Origin: Clostridiales bacterium
GTDB taxonomy: Bacteria > Bacillota > Clostridia > Oscillospirales > Acutalibacteraceae
Reading direction: 5' to 3'
Assembly: GCA_019416395.1 (NCBI GenBank)
Contig: DXXH01000001.1
Location: 1-49,442, forward strand
Length of the DNA: 49,442 nucleotides
Part shown: positions 20,816 through 30,461 of the stretch, in pieces
Layout of the letters: the number at the start of each line of letters is the position of its first letter
How positions within the stretch are numbered: the stretch's first letter is position 1
Made by a program: the position numbers and the translations under genes
The notes under the pieces: model-generated
The model's input: only the letters and a program-made list of their open reading frames with translations
Databases searched by the model: none
Told to the model about the DNA's origin: nothing

Positions 20816-20998
20816 TTAAGCGTCCTTCTTCACAACGGCACGGCCATTGTAGTAGCCGCAGTTGCCGCAAACTCTGTGAGGTGTCTTGTACTCGCCGCAC
20901 TGGGGGCATCTCATAAGAGCGGGAGCCTGGAGCTTCCACACATTGGAACGCCGCTTGTTCTGCCGCGCGCTGGATACTTTCCGCTTGGGTACTGCCAT
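20816..20998 (-). CDS. rpmF: 50S ribosomal protein L32 (zinc-ribbon form)
   Basis: MAVPKRKVS..., CPQC...[10 protein letters not shown]; ggaggtg SD. Confidence 0.97.
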   Translation of the reverse strand: MAVPKRKVSSARQNKRRSNVWKLQAPALMRCPQCGEYKTPHRVCGNCGYYNGRAVVKKDA

Positions 20999-21109
20999 GG
21001 GTGCACCTCCTTCATCTATCAAAGATGATATTCTGCCGCGAAGGAAATCCCCCACGGTCCAGTTTTCCTAAAACGTCCGGCATAAATCCGCCTAGACTCC
21101 CCTGCCGCT

Positions 21110-21601
21110 TTACAGCAGCTCCCGCAAAACCGCCAACCTGGGATCTACCGAATCCTTCGGGCAACCACAATCACCCTGGTTCAGGTTCTTCCCACATGTT
21201 GGACACAATCCTTTGCAATCCGGGGAACAGAGGAACTTGCTGGGCATGTCCAGCAAAATGTCTTCCGTCAGCAGCTGGTCAAGATCCAGCCGCTCATCGG
21301 GTACCACGACGAACTGGCCGTCGTTATCCTCTTCGTCGCTGAGCTCCCGCACCAATACGTGAAACAATCCGGTTTCCCGCTCCTGTGTAGTGGTTTCAAA
21401 ACAGCGGTCACAAGGCATTGTCAAGGTATACACTGTCTTTCCCGCCATCTCCACCGAAGCGGCAGAGCCTTTCAGCTCCACATGGACATTTACCGGCGCA
21501 CAAAACGGCTTGACACCGCCCAATTCCAAACCGGAAAGATCCAACCCATATTCCAGCGTATCGCTGCCGCCCAGAAAATACTTTCGCAGATCGATGGTCA
21601 T
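21110..21601 (-). CDS. DUF177/YceD family protein
   Basis: CDRC, CSPDCKGLCPTCGKNLN, DPRLAVL; directly upstream of rpmF. Confidence 0.92.
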   Translation of the reverse strand: MTIDLRKYFLGGSDTLEYGLDLSGLELGGVKPFCAPVNVHVELKGSAASVEMAGKTVYTLTMPCDRCFETTTQERETGLFHVLVRELSDEEDNDGQFVVVPDERLDLDQLLTEDILLDMPSKFLCSPDCKGLCPTCGKNLNQGDCGCPKDSVDPRLAVLRELL

Positions 21602-21628
21602 AGTCTTTTCCTCATGCCGTACTGATAT

Positions 21629-21657
21629 ATTATAATGAGACGGGCCCCGTTTGTCAA
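21629..21657 (-). promoter_or_regulatory. Consensus SigA promoter for yceD-rpmF
   Basis: Perfect TTGACA-17 nt-TATAAT. Confidence 0.9.
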
Positions 21658-21743
21658 GCTTTTTCTCTGCCGGATCCGCCCTGAAAAAGCCCATTTTCCC
21701 TGCTCCGTTTTTATTGGGAGCGAAGAGAAAAAACGGGGAAACA

Positions 21744-21775
21744 GGGGAAAAGGCGGCCCGAAAGCCGCCTTCCCC
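21744..21775 (-). terminator. Terminator after the small P-loop gene
   Basis: aaggcggc-tttcgg-gccgcctt followed by a T run on the minus strand. Confidence 0.65.
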
Positions 21776-21808
21776 AAACATGATTCAGCCAAGCCTTTGG
21801 CCCGCTGT

Positions 21809-22222
21809 TTATTTTGCAACGTACTCCGCGACAGAGGCGGGGATCTCCTCGTCAGCGGCGGAGATGGAAAGCACGAAGTTAGCGCCGGATTCCTTCTCCA
21901 GCTTCTTCAGGTCATTCACCAGCAGGTCCACTACCTCGGCGCCGGTACCGGTGATCTTCAAAGTGGAATCCACCAGGATATCGGTCACGTCGTAGTTGCC
22001 TGCGCAAATACCAGCCAGGAAGCCATACAGGCCCTTGCCGCCCTTTACGTCATAAGCGTCAATGTCCACCAAACGGGCGTTGTGAGAAATATCATAAGTC
22101 AGCTTCAGGCCTTTCTCAACTACCACCACATTGCCGTTGGACTTCTCCACAGCGGCGTTGGCCAGGTCGATGAGTTTCTTGGTTTTGCCGGAGCCTTTTT
22201 TGCCAGTCAAAAGAGTGATCAT
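21809..22222 (-). CDS. Small conserved P-loop-containing protein of unknown function
   Basis: 137 aa, N-terminal Walker A GKKGSGKT, ILVDS Walker-B-like strand; aaggag SD. Confidence 0.85.
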   Translation of the reverse strand: MITLLTGKKGSGKTKKLIDLANAAVEKSNGNVVVVEKGLKLTYDISHNARLVDIDAYDVKGGKGLYGFLAGICAGNYDVTDILVDSTLKITGTGAEVVDLLVNDLKKLEKESGANFVLSISAADEEIPASVAEYVAK

Positions 22223-22285
22223 GGTACAACTCTCCTTTATTTTTTTATTCCGCCCCAAGGGAGCGGGGATCTGCCATGGTTGCCC

Positions 22286-23626
22286 TTAGCGGGACAGGCG
22301 CTTTTCCAGCTCCGCTTTTGCATCTTCGTAGCCGGGTCTGCCCAACAGGGCAAACATGTTTTTCTTATAGCTTTCCACACCGGGCTGGTCAAAGGGATTG
22401 ACCCCCAGCAGATATCCCGAAATTGCACAGGCCTTCTCAAAGAAGTAGATCAGCTGTCCCAGGCTGTCCTCGGAGAAGTCCGGAACATGGATCACCACAT
22501 TGGGCACGCCGCCGTCATTGTGCGCCAGCACAGTGCCCTCAAAGGCCTTTTCGTTGATGAACGCCATGGTGCGGCCTTCCAGATAATTCAGGCCGTCCAC
22601 GTCGGTAGGATCTTTGCCCAGCGTGATCTCATGCTTGGGCTGGTCGATCAGCACCACTGTCTCAAACAGGGTACGGCGGCCGTCCTGGATATACTGTCCC
22701 ATGGAATGCAGGTCCGTGGAGAACACCACGGAAGCGGGGAACAGACCCTTGTTGTCCTTGCCCTCGCTCTCGCCGTAGAGCTGCTTCCACCACTCGTTCA
22801 TCATGGCGTAGCAAGGCTCATAGCTGACCATCACTTCGGTACACTTCCCCTTATTGTAGAGAATGTTCCGAATTGCGGCATATTTATAGCAATCATTTTC
22901 CTCAATGGAAGGAGTGTTGTACAACGCAGCAGCTTTGGCGGCGCCGGCCATCAAAGCGTCCACATCGGCGCCGGCCACAGCGATGGGCAGCAGGCCCACA
23001 GCGGTCAGCACAGAATAACGGCCGCCTACGTCGTCCGGCACTACAAATGTTTCATAGCCCTCTTCATCGGCCAGATGCTTCAAGGTGCCCTTCGCCTTAT
23101 CGGTGGTGCAGAAAATCCGCTCCCGGGCCCCTTCCTTGCCATATTTTTTCTCCAGCAGCTCCCGGAATACCCGGAACGCGATAGCGGGTTCGGTAGTTGT
23201 GCCGGATTTGGAAATCATGTTGATGGAAATATCCTTGCCCTCGCAGATGGAAACCAATTCCGCCAGCGCCGTGGAGCTGATGCTGTTGCCAGCGAAGTAG
23301 ATGGCGGGGGTATCCTTGCGCAGGTCGTTGTACTTTTCGGACTTTAAAAATTCGATGGCGGCCCGGGCTCCCAGATAGGAACCGCCGATGCCGATTACCA
23401 CAAACACATCGGAATTGCCCTGGATCTTTTTCGCCGCGGCTTTGATCCTGACGAATTCATCCTTATCATATTCCGTGGGAAGGTTGACCCAACCCAGAAA
23501 ATCGTTGCCCATTCCCGTCTTGGTCATGAGCAGCTGGTGAGCTGTTTTCACCTGGGGCTCAATAGCCTCATATTCGTGCTGGGAAACAAAACCGTTCAGA
23601 TAGCCAGCTTCCAATTTCAGCGGCAT
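22286..23626 (-). CDS. pgi: Glucose-6-phosphate isomerase
   Basis: [39 protein letters not shown]. Confidence 0.97.
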   Translation of the reverse strand: MPLKLEAGYLNGFVSQHEYEAIEPQVKTAHQLLMTKTGMGNDFLGWVNLPTEYDKDEFVRIKAAAKKIQGNSDVFVVIGIGGSYLGARAAIEFLKSEKYNDLRKDTPAIYFAGNSISSTALAELVSICEGKDISINMISKSGTTTEPAIAFRVFRELLEKKYGKEGARERIFCTTDKAKGTLKHLADEEGYETFVVPDDVGGRYSVLTAVGLLPIAVAGADVDALMAGAAKAAALYNTPSIEENDCYKYAAIRNILYNKGKCTEVMVSYEPCYAMMNEWWKQLYGESEGKDNKGLFPASVVFSTDLHSMGQYIQDGRRTLFETVVLIDQPKHEITLGKDPTDVDGLNYLEGRTMAFINEKAFEGTVLAHNDGGVPNVVIHVPDFSEDSLGQLIYFFEKACAISGYLLGVNPFDQPGVESYKKNMFALLGRPGYEDAKAELEKRLSR

Positions 23627-23746
23627 TGCAAAGACCTCCTTATTATCGTTCCCCGGGCGTTTCTCTCGCTTTCTCCCCAGAGCGGGAAACGTCCTGGGGG
23701 AAGCTTTCCCTTTCCGGAAGGGAGAAACGCCGTGCTTTGTGCTTCT

Positions 23747-23775
23747 ATTCTACAATAAGTTGAGCCAATTTGCAA
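23747..23775 (-). promoter_or_regulatory. SigA promoter for pgi
   Basis: TTGCAA-17 nt-TAGAAT. Confidence 0.7.
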
Positions 23776-23825
23776 GTTTGTACCGTACTCTTTCCAAAAA
23801 AGTTACAAACCCGGCTTTCGAACTC

Positions 23826-24959
23826 TCACAGATCAAACAACCCGCTGAGCAGATAGCCCAGAGCGGAAGAGAACGTCACCGCTTCCACACTTTCCCCGGC
23901 GGTGATCTCCACTTCTGCCAGCATTTCCCCATTCAAGCTGTAGCACACGGTTCCGATCACGTCTCCCACCTGTATGGGAGCTGTCAATTCCTTCCACTTT
24001 ACCGCTGTTTCCACCTGGCCTGTTTCCGTAGCCTGGAGAAGCAGTTTCGGACTCTCCCCTGCCTGGGGCGCCACATCCGGCGTCATGCCCCGGCTCACCG
24101 GCACCCGTTCCAGGGCAGGAGTTTCCGGCACAACCACCTTCCAGTTGGCAAACCCATAATCCAACAGGGCGGCGGCGTCCTGGAAGCGGTGGTCCGTGGA
24201 ATCGGCCCCCAGCACTACCCCGATCAGCTCCAACCCGTCCCGCTCCGCGGTGGCGGTAATGCAGCTTCCCGCCTGGGAAGTCGTGCCGGTTTTCAACCCG
24301 GTGATCCCCTGGTAGGAACGGATCAGCTTATTGGTGTTCACAAGCTGGGTTTCCCCATTCCGCACCGTGTCCATCCAGGTCAAGGTGTAATCGAAAATCT
24401 TCTCATGGGTGATCAATTCCCGGCTCATCAACGCCACATCATAAGCGCTGGTCACATGGCCTTCCTCGTCCAAACCGTTGCAGTTTTTAAAAACCGTATC
24501 GTTCATGCCCAGTTCCTTGGCCTTCTCATTCATGGCGGTCACAAAGGACTCCTCGCTGCCGGAAACCGCTTCCGCCAAAGCCACCGCAGCGTCGTTAGCG
24601 CTCATGATCACGGTGGCTTTGATCAGGTCGTTCACCGACATGGACTCCCCTTCTTCCAGCCAAATATCCGATCCGCCCATAGATGCGGCGTGAGCGGAAG
24701 CGGTCAGCGTTTGATCCAAGGAAAGCCGCCCATCGTCAATGGCCTCAAACACCAGGCAAAGGGTCATCACTTTGGTGATGGAAGCGCAGGGCCGGATCTC
24801 ATGGGGATTTTTCTCAAACAGCACCCGGCCGGTAGAGGCTTCCATCAAAACCCCGGACGGAGCGGTAATTTCCAGCTCCTGGGCGTGGACGGGGAATCCC
24901 TGAGCGGCCAGGGCCACGGCAAGGATCCCGGTTAAGAGGAACAACCTTAGTTTTTTCAT
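23826..24959 (-). CDS. D-alanyl-D-alanine carboxypeptidase (DacF-like, peptidase S11)
   Basis: Signal peptide, SITK (SxxK), SAN (SxN) and KTG motifs, GGSDIWLEEGE. Confidence 0.92.
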   Translation of the reverse strand: MKKLRLFLLTGILAVALAAQGFPVHAQELEITAPSGVLMEASTGRVLFEKNPHEIRPCASITKVMTLCLVFEAIDDGRLSLDQTLTASAHAASMGGSDIWLEEGESMSVNDLIKATVIMSANDAAVALAEAVSGSEESFVTAMNEKAKELGMNDTVFKNCNGLDEEGHVTSAYDVALMSRELITHEKIFDYTLTWMDTVRNGETQLVNTNKLIRSYQGITGLKTGTTSQAGSCITATAERDGLELIGVVLGADSTDHRFQDAAALLDYGFANWKVVVPETPALERVPVSRGMTPDVAPQAGESPKLLLQATETGQVETAVKWKELTAPIQVGDVIGTVCYSLNGEMLAEVEITAGESVEAVTFSSALGYLLSGLFDL

Positions 24960-25067
24960 AGGAAACCTTCCTTTCTCTCCACTTACAGAAAGGATATGCG
25001 GAAAAGCCGGGAAAGAGAAGAGAACACAAAAATTCCGTCCACCCCATAGAGAGTGGACGGAATGCAT

Positions 25068-26291
25068 TCACTTGGTATTCTTTTTGACCCGCAGATAGGC
25101 TCCCGGTTCCACGTCCGCGTCCGTTTCCCAATACACCAGCATTTCCGCATGGGGGGCTTTCTCAATGGGTTCCATGTCCCCATTGTACAGCCCCTTCAGC
25201 TGAGCGGTAAAGGGAGCTTTCCCTGGCTGGAGAATATCCACCTCTTCCCCGCTGAAAAAGCGGTTCCGCTCCCGCAGCCGCAGATATTTTCCTTCCCGGC
25301 CTTCGCAGACTGCCACCAGCTCGTAATTCCGGGCGTAGTGGCTCCGGTCCAGAGTCTGTCCCGGTTCCCCGCCAAAGTAAAACCCGTGGGAATAGGGACG
25401 GTGGCTGATTTTCTCCGTCTCCTCTAAAATGTCCTGGGACAAAGGCTCTCCCGGATTCTCCCAGGCGAAATCAATGGCCCGCCGGTAAGCCGCTGTGACA
25501 CACGCCACATAGTAGGCGGACTTGGCCCGGCCCTCGATCTTCAAACTGGTGATCCCCGCGTCGATCATTTCGGGAATATGGTCGATCATGCGCAGGTCAT
25601 TGGAGTTGAAAAAGTAGGCGCCTTTTTCCTCTTGCACCAGGGTGAATTCCTCTCCCGGCCTTTGAGCTTCCGTCAAGTGGTACTCCCAACGGCACGGCTG
25701 GGCGCATTCCCCCCGGTTGGCGTCCCGTCCGGTCAGGTAGTTGGAAATGACGCACCGGCCGGAAAAGGACATACACATAGCCCCATGGACAAAGGCTTCC
25801 AGCTCCAGGTCCGGGTCTGTATTCTCCCGGATTCCACGGATCTCCGAAAGAGGCACTTCCCTGGCCAGCACCACCCGTTTCGCCCCCAATTCCCAGCAAA
25901 CCTGGGCAGCGGCAAAATTCACGATCCCGGTCTGGGTGGAGATATGACGTTCCACCTTGGGCGCCACCTTTTTAGCCATGGCCAACACCCCCAAATCGGA
26001 GATGATAAAGGCGTCCACCCCCATTTCCTGGCAGGCGGTCAAAAACCCGGGAAGTTCCTGAAGCTCCTCATTCCGGGGCAAGGTGTTGCAGGTGACGTAC
26101 ACCTTCACACCGTTTTCGTGGCAGAACGCAACTGCTTCTTTCAGCTCCTGCTCTCCAAAATTGGCGGGGGCCGAACGCATGCCAAAGCTTTTCCCAGCCA
26201 GGTAGATCGCGTCCGCGCCGTAACGCACCGCCGCTTCCAGCCGCTCCCGATCCCCCGCGGGGGAGAGCAGCTCCGGTTTTACTCGATTCAC
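25068..26291 (-). CDS. U32 family peptidase-like protein (tRNA hydroxylation TrhP-like)
   Basis: PELLSPAG, HGAMCMSFSGRC, NRGECAQPCR, SLKIEGR; GTG start at 26291 after aaggag. Confidence 0.92.
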   Translation of the reverse strand: MNRVKPELLSPAGDRERLEAAVRYGADAIYLAGKSFGMRSAPANFGEQELKEAVAFCHENGVKVYVTCNTLPRNEELQELPGFLTACQEMGVDAFIISDLGVLAMAKKVAPKVERHISTQTGIVNFAAAQVCWELGAKRVVLAREVPLSEIRGIRENTDPDLELEAFVHGAMCMSFSGRCVISNYLTGRDANRGECAQPCRWEYHLTEAQRPGEEFTLVQEEKGAYFFNSNDLRMIDHIPEMIDAGITSLKIEGRAKSAYYVACVTAAYRRAIDFAWENPGEPLSQDILEETEKISHRPYSHGFYFGGEPGQTLDRSHYARNYELVAVCEGREGKYLRLRERNRFFSGEEVDILQPGKAPFTAQLKGLYNGDMEPIEKAPHAEMLVYWETDADVEPGAYLRVKKNTK

Positions 26292-26301
26292 TGTATTCTC
26301 C

Positions 26302-27576
26302 TTACGACAAGCCAGCCAACTGCTTGTTGTACTCGTGGTCTTCCGCGTTGGTGGCGTAATAGGCTGTACCGTCCGCAGCGTGGCAGAAATAGAGATAATA
26401 GGCGGCGTCGCCTTCCGTATTGGGCCGCAGAGCCGCTTCGATAGCGTCCAGGCCCGGGTTGCAAATGGCCCCAGCAGGTAGGCCCTGCACCTGATAGGTG
26501 TCATAATTTCCATAGGAAAGGGCATCGGTAGCCGGCACGTCTTCCGCCCGCTTATAGGGATAGTAAGTGGTGGAGTCGCACTCCAAACGGTAAATGCCGT
26601 ATTCCGCGCCAAAGTTCAGACGGTTGTGAAGCACCGCGGAAACGTCCTTCATGTCGTTAACATTGGCGGCTTCCCGCTGGATAATGGACGCCATGATGAC
26701 CACCTGATCCTCGGTCATGCCCGAATTGGCGATTTCCGTCTGCAGATCGCTGACCCGGTTCTGGAAGTTATACAGGAACTTGCTCACCACGGAGTCGATC
26801 TCTTCGCCCTTGTAGAAATTGTAGGTATCCGGGAACAGGTATCCTTCCAGCTTATAATATTTGTCAGCGCCGTTGGTGATGGCTCCGATCATGTCATAAT
26901 TGTCAAAATCGTCGGAGTCGATGGCCGTGAGGAAATCCTGGGCGGAACACACTTCGTTTTCTTCCAGCAGCGAAGCCATTTCCAAAGCAGTAATACCTTC
27001 GGGGAAGGTGACCGTAACCACCTCCCGGCTCTCATTGCCGCCCTGCAGGGTGTTGATCAAGTCCTCATAATCCATATTGGTCTCAATCTTGTAGGTCCCA
27101 GGCTGGAAATACTCCATACTCGCCGTGACAGAGCAATACAGCTTGAAAAACTCTGGCTTTTTAATGGCGCCAGCTTCGTACAGGATCTGGGTAAGCTGGT
27201 CTACGGTAACCTCTTTGGGAATGGTCACCTCGGTAGTGCCTTCCGTACGGTTGGCGGCGAAAAAGTCATTAGAGCCCTGAATCAAGTAACTGGCCAGGGT
27301 AAAGGACACCAAAAGCACCATACACAGCCACACCACGGAAAAAATCCACCGATTTTTCCGGGCTTTCAGCTTGTTGCGCTTCTTGTGAGCCTTCTTTTCC
27401 GCCCGGCGCTCCTTATCCGTCAGATACGCCTTATTGGTGGAATACTCCGGCCGGGGCGGCTGGCTTCTGCGCTCGGGAATATCCACGCTGCCTGTGGCCA
27501 GATCCCGCTCATCGATGTTCAGCTTGAAATTCCCCGTGCCGCGATTCCCGCCGCCGGGATTCTGTCCGTGGTTCAT
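26302..27576 (-). CDS. mltG: Endolytic transglycosylase MltG (YceG family)
   Basis: TM anchor, TFPEG, LEGYLFPDTY, ASIIQREA, GLPAGAICNPG, YLYF. Confidence 0.92.
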   Translation of the reverse strand: MNHGQNPGGGNRGTGNFKLNIDERDLATGSVDIPERRSQPPRPEYSTNKAYLTDKERRAEKKAHKKRNKLKARKNRWIFSVVWLCMVLLVSFTLASYLIQGSNDFFAANRTEGTTEVTIPKEVTVDQLTQILYEAGAIKKPEFFKLYCSVTASMEYFQPGTYKIETNMDYEDLINTLQGGNESREVVTVTFPEGITALEMASLLEENEVCSAQDFLTAIDSDDFDNYDMIGAITNGADKYYKLEGYLFPDTYNFYKGEEIDSVVSKFLYNFQNRVSDLQTEIANSGMTEDQVVIMASIIQREAANVNDMKDVSAVLHNRLNFGAEYGIYRLECDSTTYYPYKRAEDVPATDALSYGNYDTYQVQGLPAGAICNPGLDAIEAALRPNTEGDAAYYLYFCHAADGTAYYATNAEDHEYNKQLAGLS

Positions 27577-28172
27577 ACGCAATCTTCCTTTCCGGGGCTT
27601 TGCTCTTTCTGAAACTCCAAAGCCCCCGCTTCTGTCACCAAACAGTTCACCTGTCTGTCATAAGGTCCTCGGGGCAACTGGGGCAACAGCAGTTCCTTAT
27701 AGCAAAGCCCCACAGCCATTACAGGGTGTTCCGCTAAGAAGCGATCATAGTATCCTTTTCCGTAACCCAGCCGGTACCCTTCCTCATCGAAGGCCAGTCC
27801 CGGCACCAGGCACAAGGCCCCTTCCGGATCCCCCAAAGGGAAACGCCCCTCGGGGGAAGGCTCCAAAAGCCCAAACCTTCCCGGAATCAATTCTTCCCGG
27901 GACTTCACCTGGTAAAAAGCCATTGCACCCTGACCGTCCAGGCACCGGGGAGCATATACCTCTTTTCCTTGGGCCAGTGCCCGGTCGAAGATTTTCCAAG
28001 TATCCGGCTCACTGCCCTTGCTCAAATAGAGGAGAAGCTTTTCCGCGTTTTCATAGGCCGAAAGGGCACACACCCTCTCCCGGATAGCCTGGTCCAGCTG
28101 TTCCCGGTTCTCCAGGGAATCCCGCCGGACGGAAAGCTCCCGGCGAAGAGCCGCTTTTTCCTGGGGGATCAT
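27573..28172 (-). CDS. 5-formyltetrahydrofolate cyclo-ligase
   Basis: VPGLAFDEEGYRLGYGKGYYDRFL; ATGA overlaps with both neighbours. Confidence 0.93.
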   Translation of the reverse strand: MIPQEKAALRRELSVRRDSLENREQLDQAIRERVCALSAYENAEKLLLYLSKGSEPDTWKIFDRALAQGKEVYAPRCLDGQGAMAFYQVKSREELIPGRFGLLEPSPEGRFPLGDPEGALCLVPGLAFDEEGYRLGYGKGYYDRFLAEHPVMAVGLCYKELLLPQLPRGPYDRQVNCLVTEAGALEFQKEQSPGKEDCV

Positions 28173-28717
28173 TTCTCCCACTGAATGGAAGCGCGGATCT
28201 CTTCGGCTTTTTCCTTGGAAACCAAGGCTTCCACCAACGCCAGGCCAAATTGGGTAGCTACCCCCATGCCTCTGCCGGTGAGGAATTGACCGTCCCGGCA
28301 AACGTAAGCGCTGGACAGCGTGGCGCCGCCCTCTGTCAGATCCTTTTGAAAATTGGGGAACGCTGTGGCGTTCTTTTCCTGGAGCAGCCCCTTGTGTGCC
28401 AAAATGGAAGGAGCAGCGCAAATAGCGGCCACCAGCTTTCCATCTTTCACACAGTTGTCAATGCACCCCTGCACCACAGGAGATTTTTCCAGATTCAGCG
28501 TACCGGGCAGTCCGCCGGGAAGGACCATGGCTTCCAGCTTGGAGCAGTCCACGTCCTCTGCGGCCAAATCCGCCGTTACTTTGATGCCGTGGGAACCGGT
28601 TACTTCCATGCCTGTCACCCCGGCCATAACCACTTCCAGCCCCCCGCGGCGCATAATGTCCACAGGAGCCAGAGCTTCAACCTCTTCAAAACCATCGGCT
28701 AAAAATACAACAACCAC
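28169..28717 (-). CDS. DJ-1/ThiJ/PfpI family protein
   Basis: GFEEVEA, LPGG, AAICAAP. Confidence 0.93.
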   Translation of the reverse strand: MVVVFLADGFEEVEALAPVDIMRRGGLEVVMAGVTGMEVTGSHGIKVTADLAAEDVDCSKLEAMVLPGGLPGTLNLEKSPVVQGCIDNCVKDGKLVAAICAAPSILAHKGLLQEKNATAFPNFQKDLTEGGATLSSAYVCRDGQFLTGRGMGVATQFGLALVEALVSKEKAEEIRASIQWEK

Positions 28718-28853
28718 AGGTATCTTCCTTTCTGAAACTCAAATATTTCTCTAAAAATCCGCAATGAAACAACACAACGTGTTATAACCAGGAAACCAGC
28801 AGGGGAAAACAGCCCCGTTTCCAACCTTCTATTACGCTGGAATTATCCCTGCT

Positions 28854-29516
28854 TCAAGCCAGCACCGGCTGCACAGCCTCTAACACCGCCTGGTGGATTT
28901 CTTCCACAGGGCGGGGCTGTCCGTCCCTGGCGCAGGGGATCACTGTCCAATGGAGCTTTTCCCCGGCATACCGGGCACACTCCCCGCAAGCCCGGAGAAA
29001 TTCCAAGTGGCTTTCGTGAATGTCCTTTTTCCCGCTGTCCCCATGATACCGCTGAAGCAGCAGTTTCTGGGAAACTTCCACAGGCATGTCCAAGTAAAGT
29101 ACCAAATCAGGCCGGGGCAACCCCAGCTTGCCATATTCAAAATCTTCCACCCAGCTCAAATACAGATCCCAGTCTTCCCGGGGAACTTTTCCCATCTGGT
29201 ACACCAGGTTGGACGTGGCGTACCGGTCACAGAGAATTACACTGCCCCGGTCGTAGTCGGCCCTCCAGTCCCGGCGAAAGCTGGCAAACCGGTCCACGGC
29301 ATAAAACGCGCTGGCGGCATAAGCGTTCACGTCTCCCGGATTGGAACCGAACTCCCCATTTAAGTACATACGCACCAGAGCGGAAGACGGGGAATCGTAA
29401 TCGGGAAACGTCACCTGGCGCAAGGGCAAGCCCTGCTTTACCAGGGCTTCTGCCAGCAGCGCCGTCTGGGTCCCTTTCCCGCTGCCGTCCAAACCTTCCA
29501 GCACGATCAAACTCAT
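28854..29516 (-). CDS. tmk: Thymidylate (dTMP) kinase family protein
   Basis: EGLDGSGKGTQ P-loop, DRYATSN, PDLVLYLD; downstream of thyX. Confidence 0.85.
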   Translation of the reverse strand: MSLIVLEGLDGSGKGTQTALLAEALVKQGLPLRQVTFPDYDSPSSALVRMYLNGEFGSNPGDVNAYAASAFYAVDRFASFRRDWRADYDRGSVILCDRYATSNLVYQMGKVPREDWDLYLSWVEDFEYGKLGLPRPDLVLYLDMPVEVSQKLLLQRYHGDSGKKDIHESHLEFLRACGECARYAGEKLHWTVIPCARDGQPRPVEEIHQAVLEAVQPVLA

Positions 29517-29579
29517 GGTTCTCCATTCCTTTCCGATAGCGCCCACCCCAGTGTTAGTATGGGGCATTGAGTGGAAAAG

Positions 29580-30347
29580 TTACAGCGCCGCGAATTTTTT
29601 CCGGACTTCTTCCATTTTCCCGCAAGACATTTTCCCTTCCGGACAGGCTCCCCGCAAACAGGGAGGGCCTGCATGGCCAAACAGATGGGGGGCCACTTCC
29701 CGGACTTCCCCAAGCATCTGGGTCGCCAGTTCCCGGATCTCCCACTGGGCACGGTTGCAGCACCGGTGGGAGAAAAAGTTCAACAGGCTGCGAGCGTTCA
29801 TGGTACAGATCATTTTGGTGGCGCAGGCATTGGGAAGTACGAACCGGGCGTCCTCAATGGCCTGCTTTTCCGCCTTCCGGTCCGCGGATTTTTCCGGTTC
29901 TCCCGCCGCCAAAAGAGCCTTTTTGTGCTCTTCCTTGAGCAAGTCGGTCAAACGCTGGTAATGCTTGGCATCCTCTTCCATCGCCCTGAGGAATTCCTCT
30001 TTCGCTGCCGGGATCTTCTCGATCTCCGGCGGCACCACATACTGGAATCCGTCCTCTTTCACATACCGCTGGCTTTGCACGCTGAAGGAAGCGATGCGGT
30101 GCCGGGTAATCTGGGCCAACAGCGACCGGGATACCCCTTCAATGCCAAAGGTAAAGCTGGCATGCTCAATGGGGCTTTCGTGGCCAATGGACTGGAGCAT
30201 CTCCAAAAACGAGGCCGTTTTTTCCTCTGTCAAACCCTCATACACCGTGTCAATATCCGCAGCGGCATAACACAGCTTCGCCGCGCAGGCAACCGTTTTT
30301 TCCGGCTCCGGCGTATACGCCAAAAGCTTTACCCGCATATCCGTCAC
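29580..30347 (-). CDS. thyX: FAD-dependent thymidylate synthase
   Basis: [36 protein letters not shown]; start may be ATG 30338. Confidence 0.96.
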   Translation of the reverse strand: MTDMRVKLLAYTPEPEKTVACAAKLCYAAADIDTVYEGLTEEKTASFLEMLQSIGHESPIEHASFTFGIEGVSRSLLAQITRHRIASFSVQSQRYVKEDGFQYVVPPEIEKIPAAKEEFLRAMEEDAKHYQRLTDLLKEEHKKALLAAGEPEKSADRKAEKQAIEDARFVLPNACATKMICTMNARSLLNFFSHRCCNRAQWEIRELATQMLGEVREVAPHLFGHAGPPCLRGACPEGKMSCGKMEEVRKKFAAL

Positions 30348-30381
30348 CCTTTCCCATTCAAGAAATCACATAATCTAAAAT

Positions 30382-30410
30382 ATTATAGCAAATTTCCAGC
30401 AGCTCCACAA
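30382..30410 (-). promoter_or_regulatory. SigA promoter for thyX-tmk
   Basis: TTGTGG-17 nt-TATAAT with extended TG. Confidence 0.7.
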
Positions 30411-30426
30411 GGGTTTAATTTCTCAT

Positions 30427-30456
30427 AAAAAAAGCCCCGGCAATCCGAGGCTTTTT
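30427..30456 (-). terminator. Terminator after the solute-binding protein gene
   Basis: aaaaagcctcgg-attg-ccggggcttttt. Confidence 0.8.
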
Positions 30457-30461
30457 CCATC

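Noticed and set aside
26292..26612. N-terminal extensions in the ORF track (U32, rlmH, cyclo-ligase, GHL10, yceD, tmk, DD-carboxypeptidase)
   Set aside because: They overlap neighbouring genes or promoters; downstream starts have proper SD sites and match where the family motifs begin
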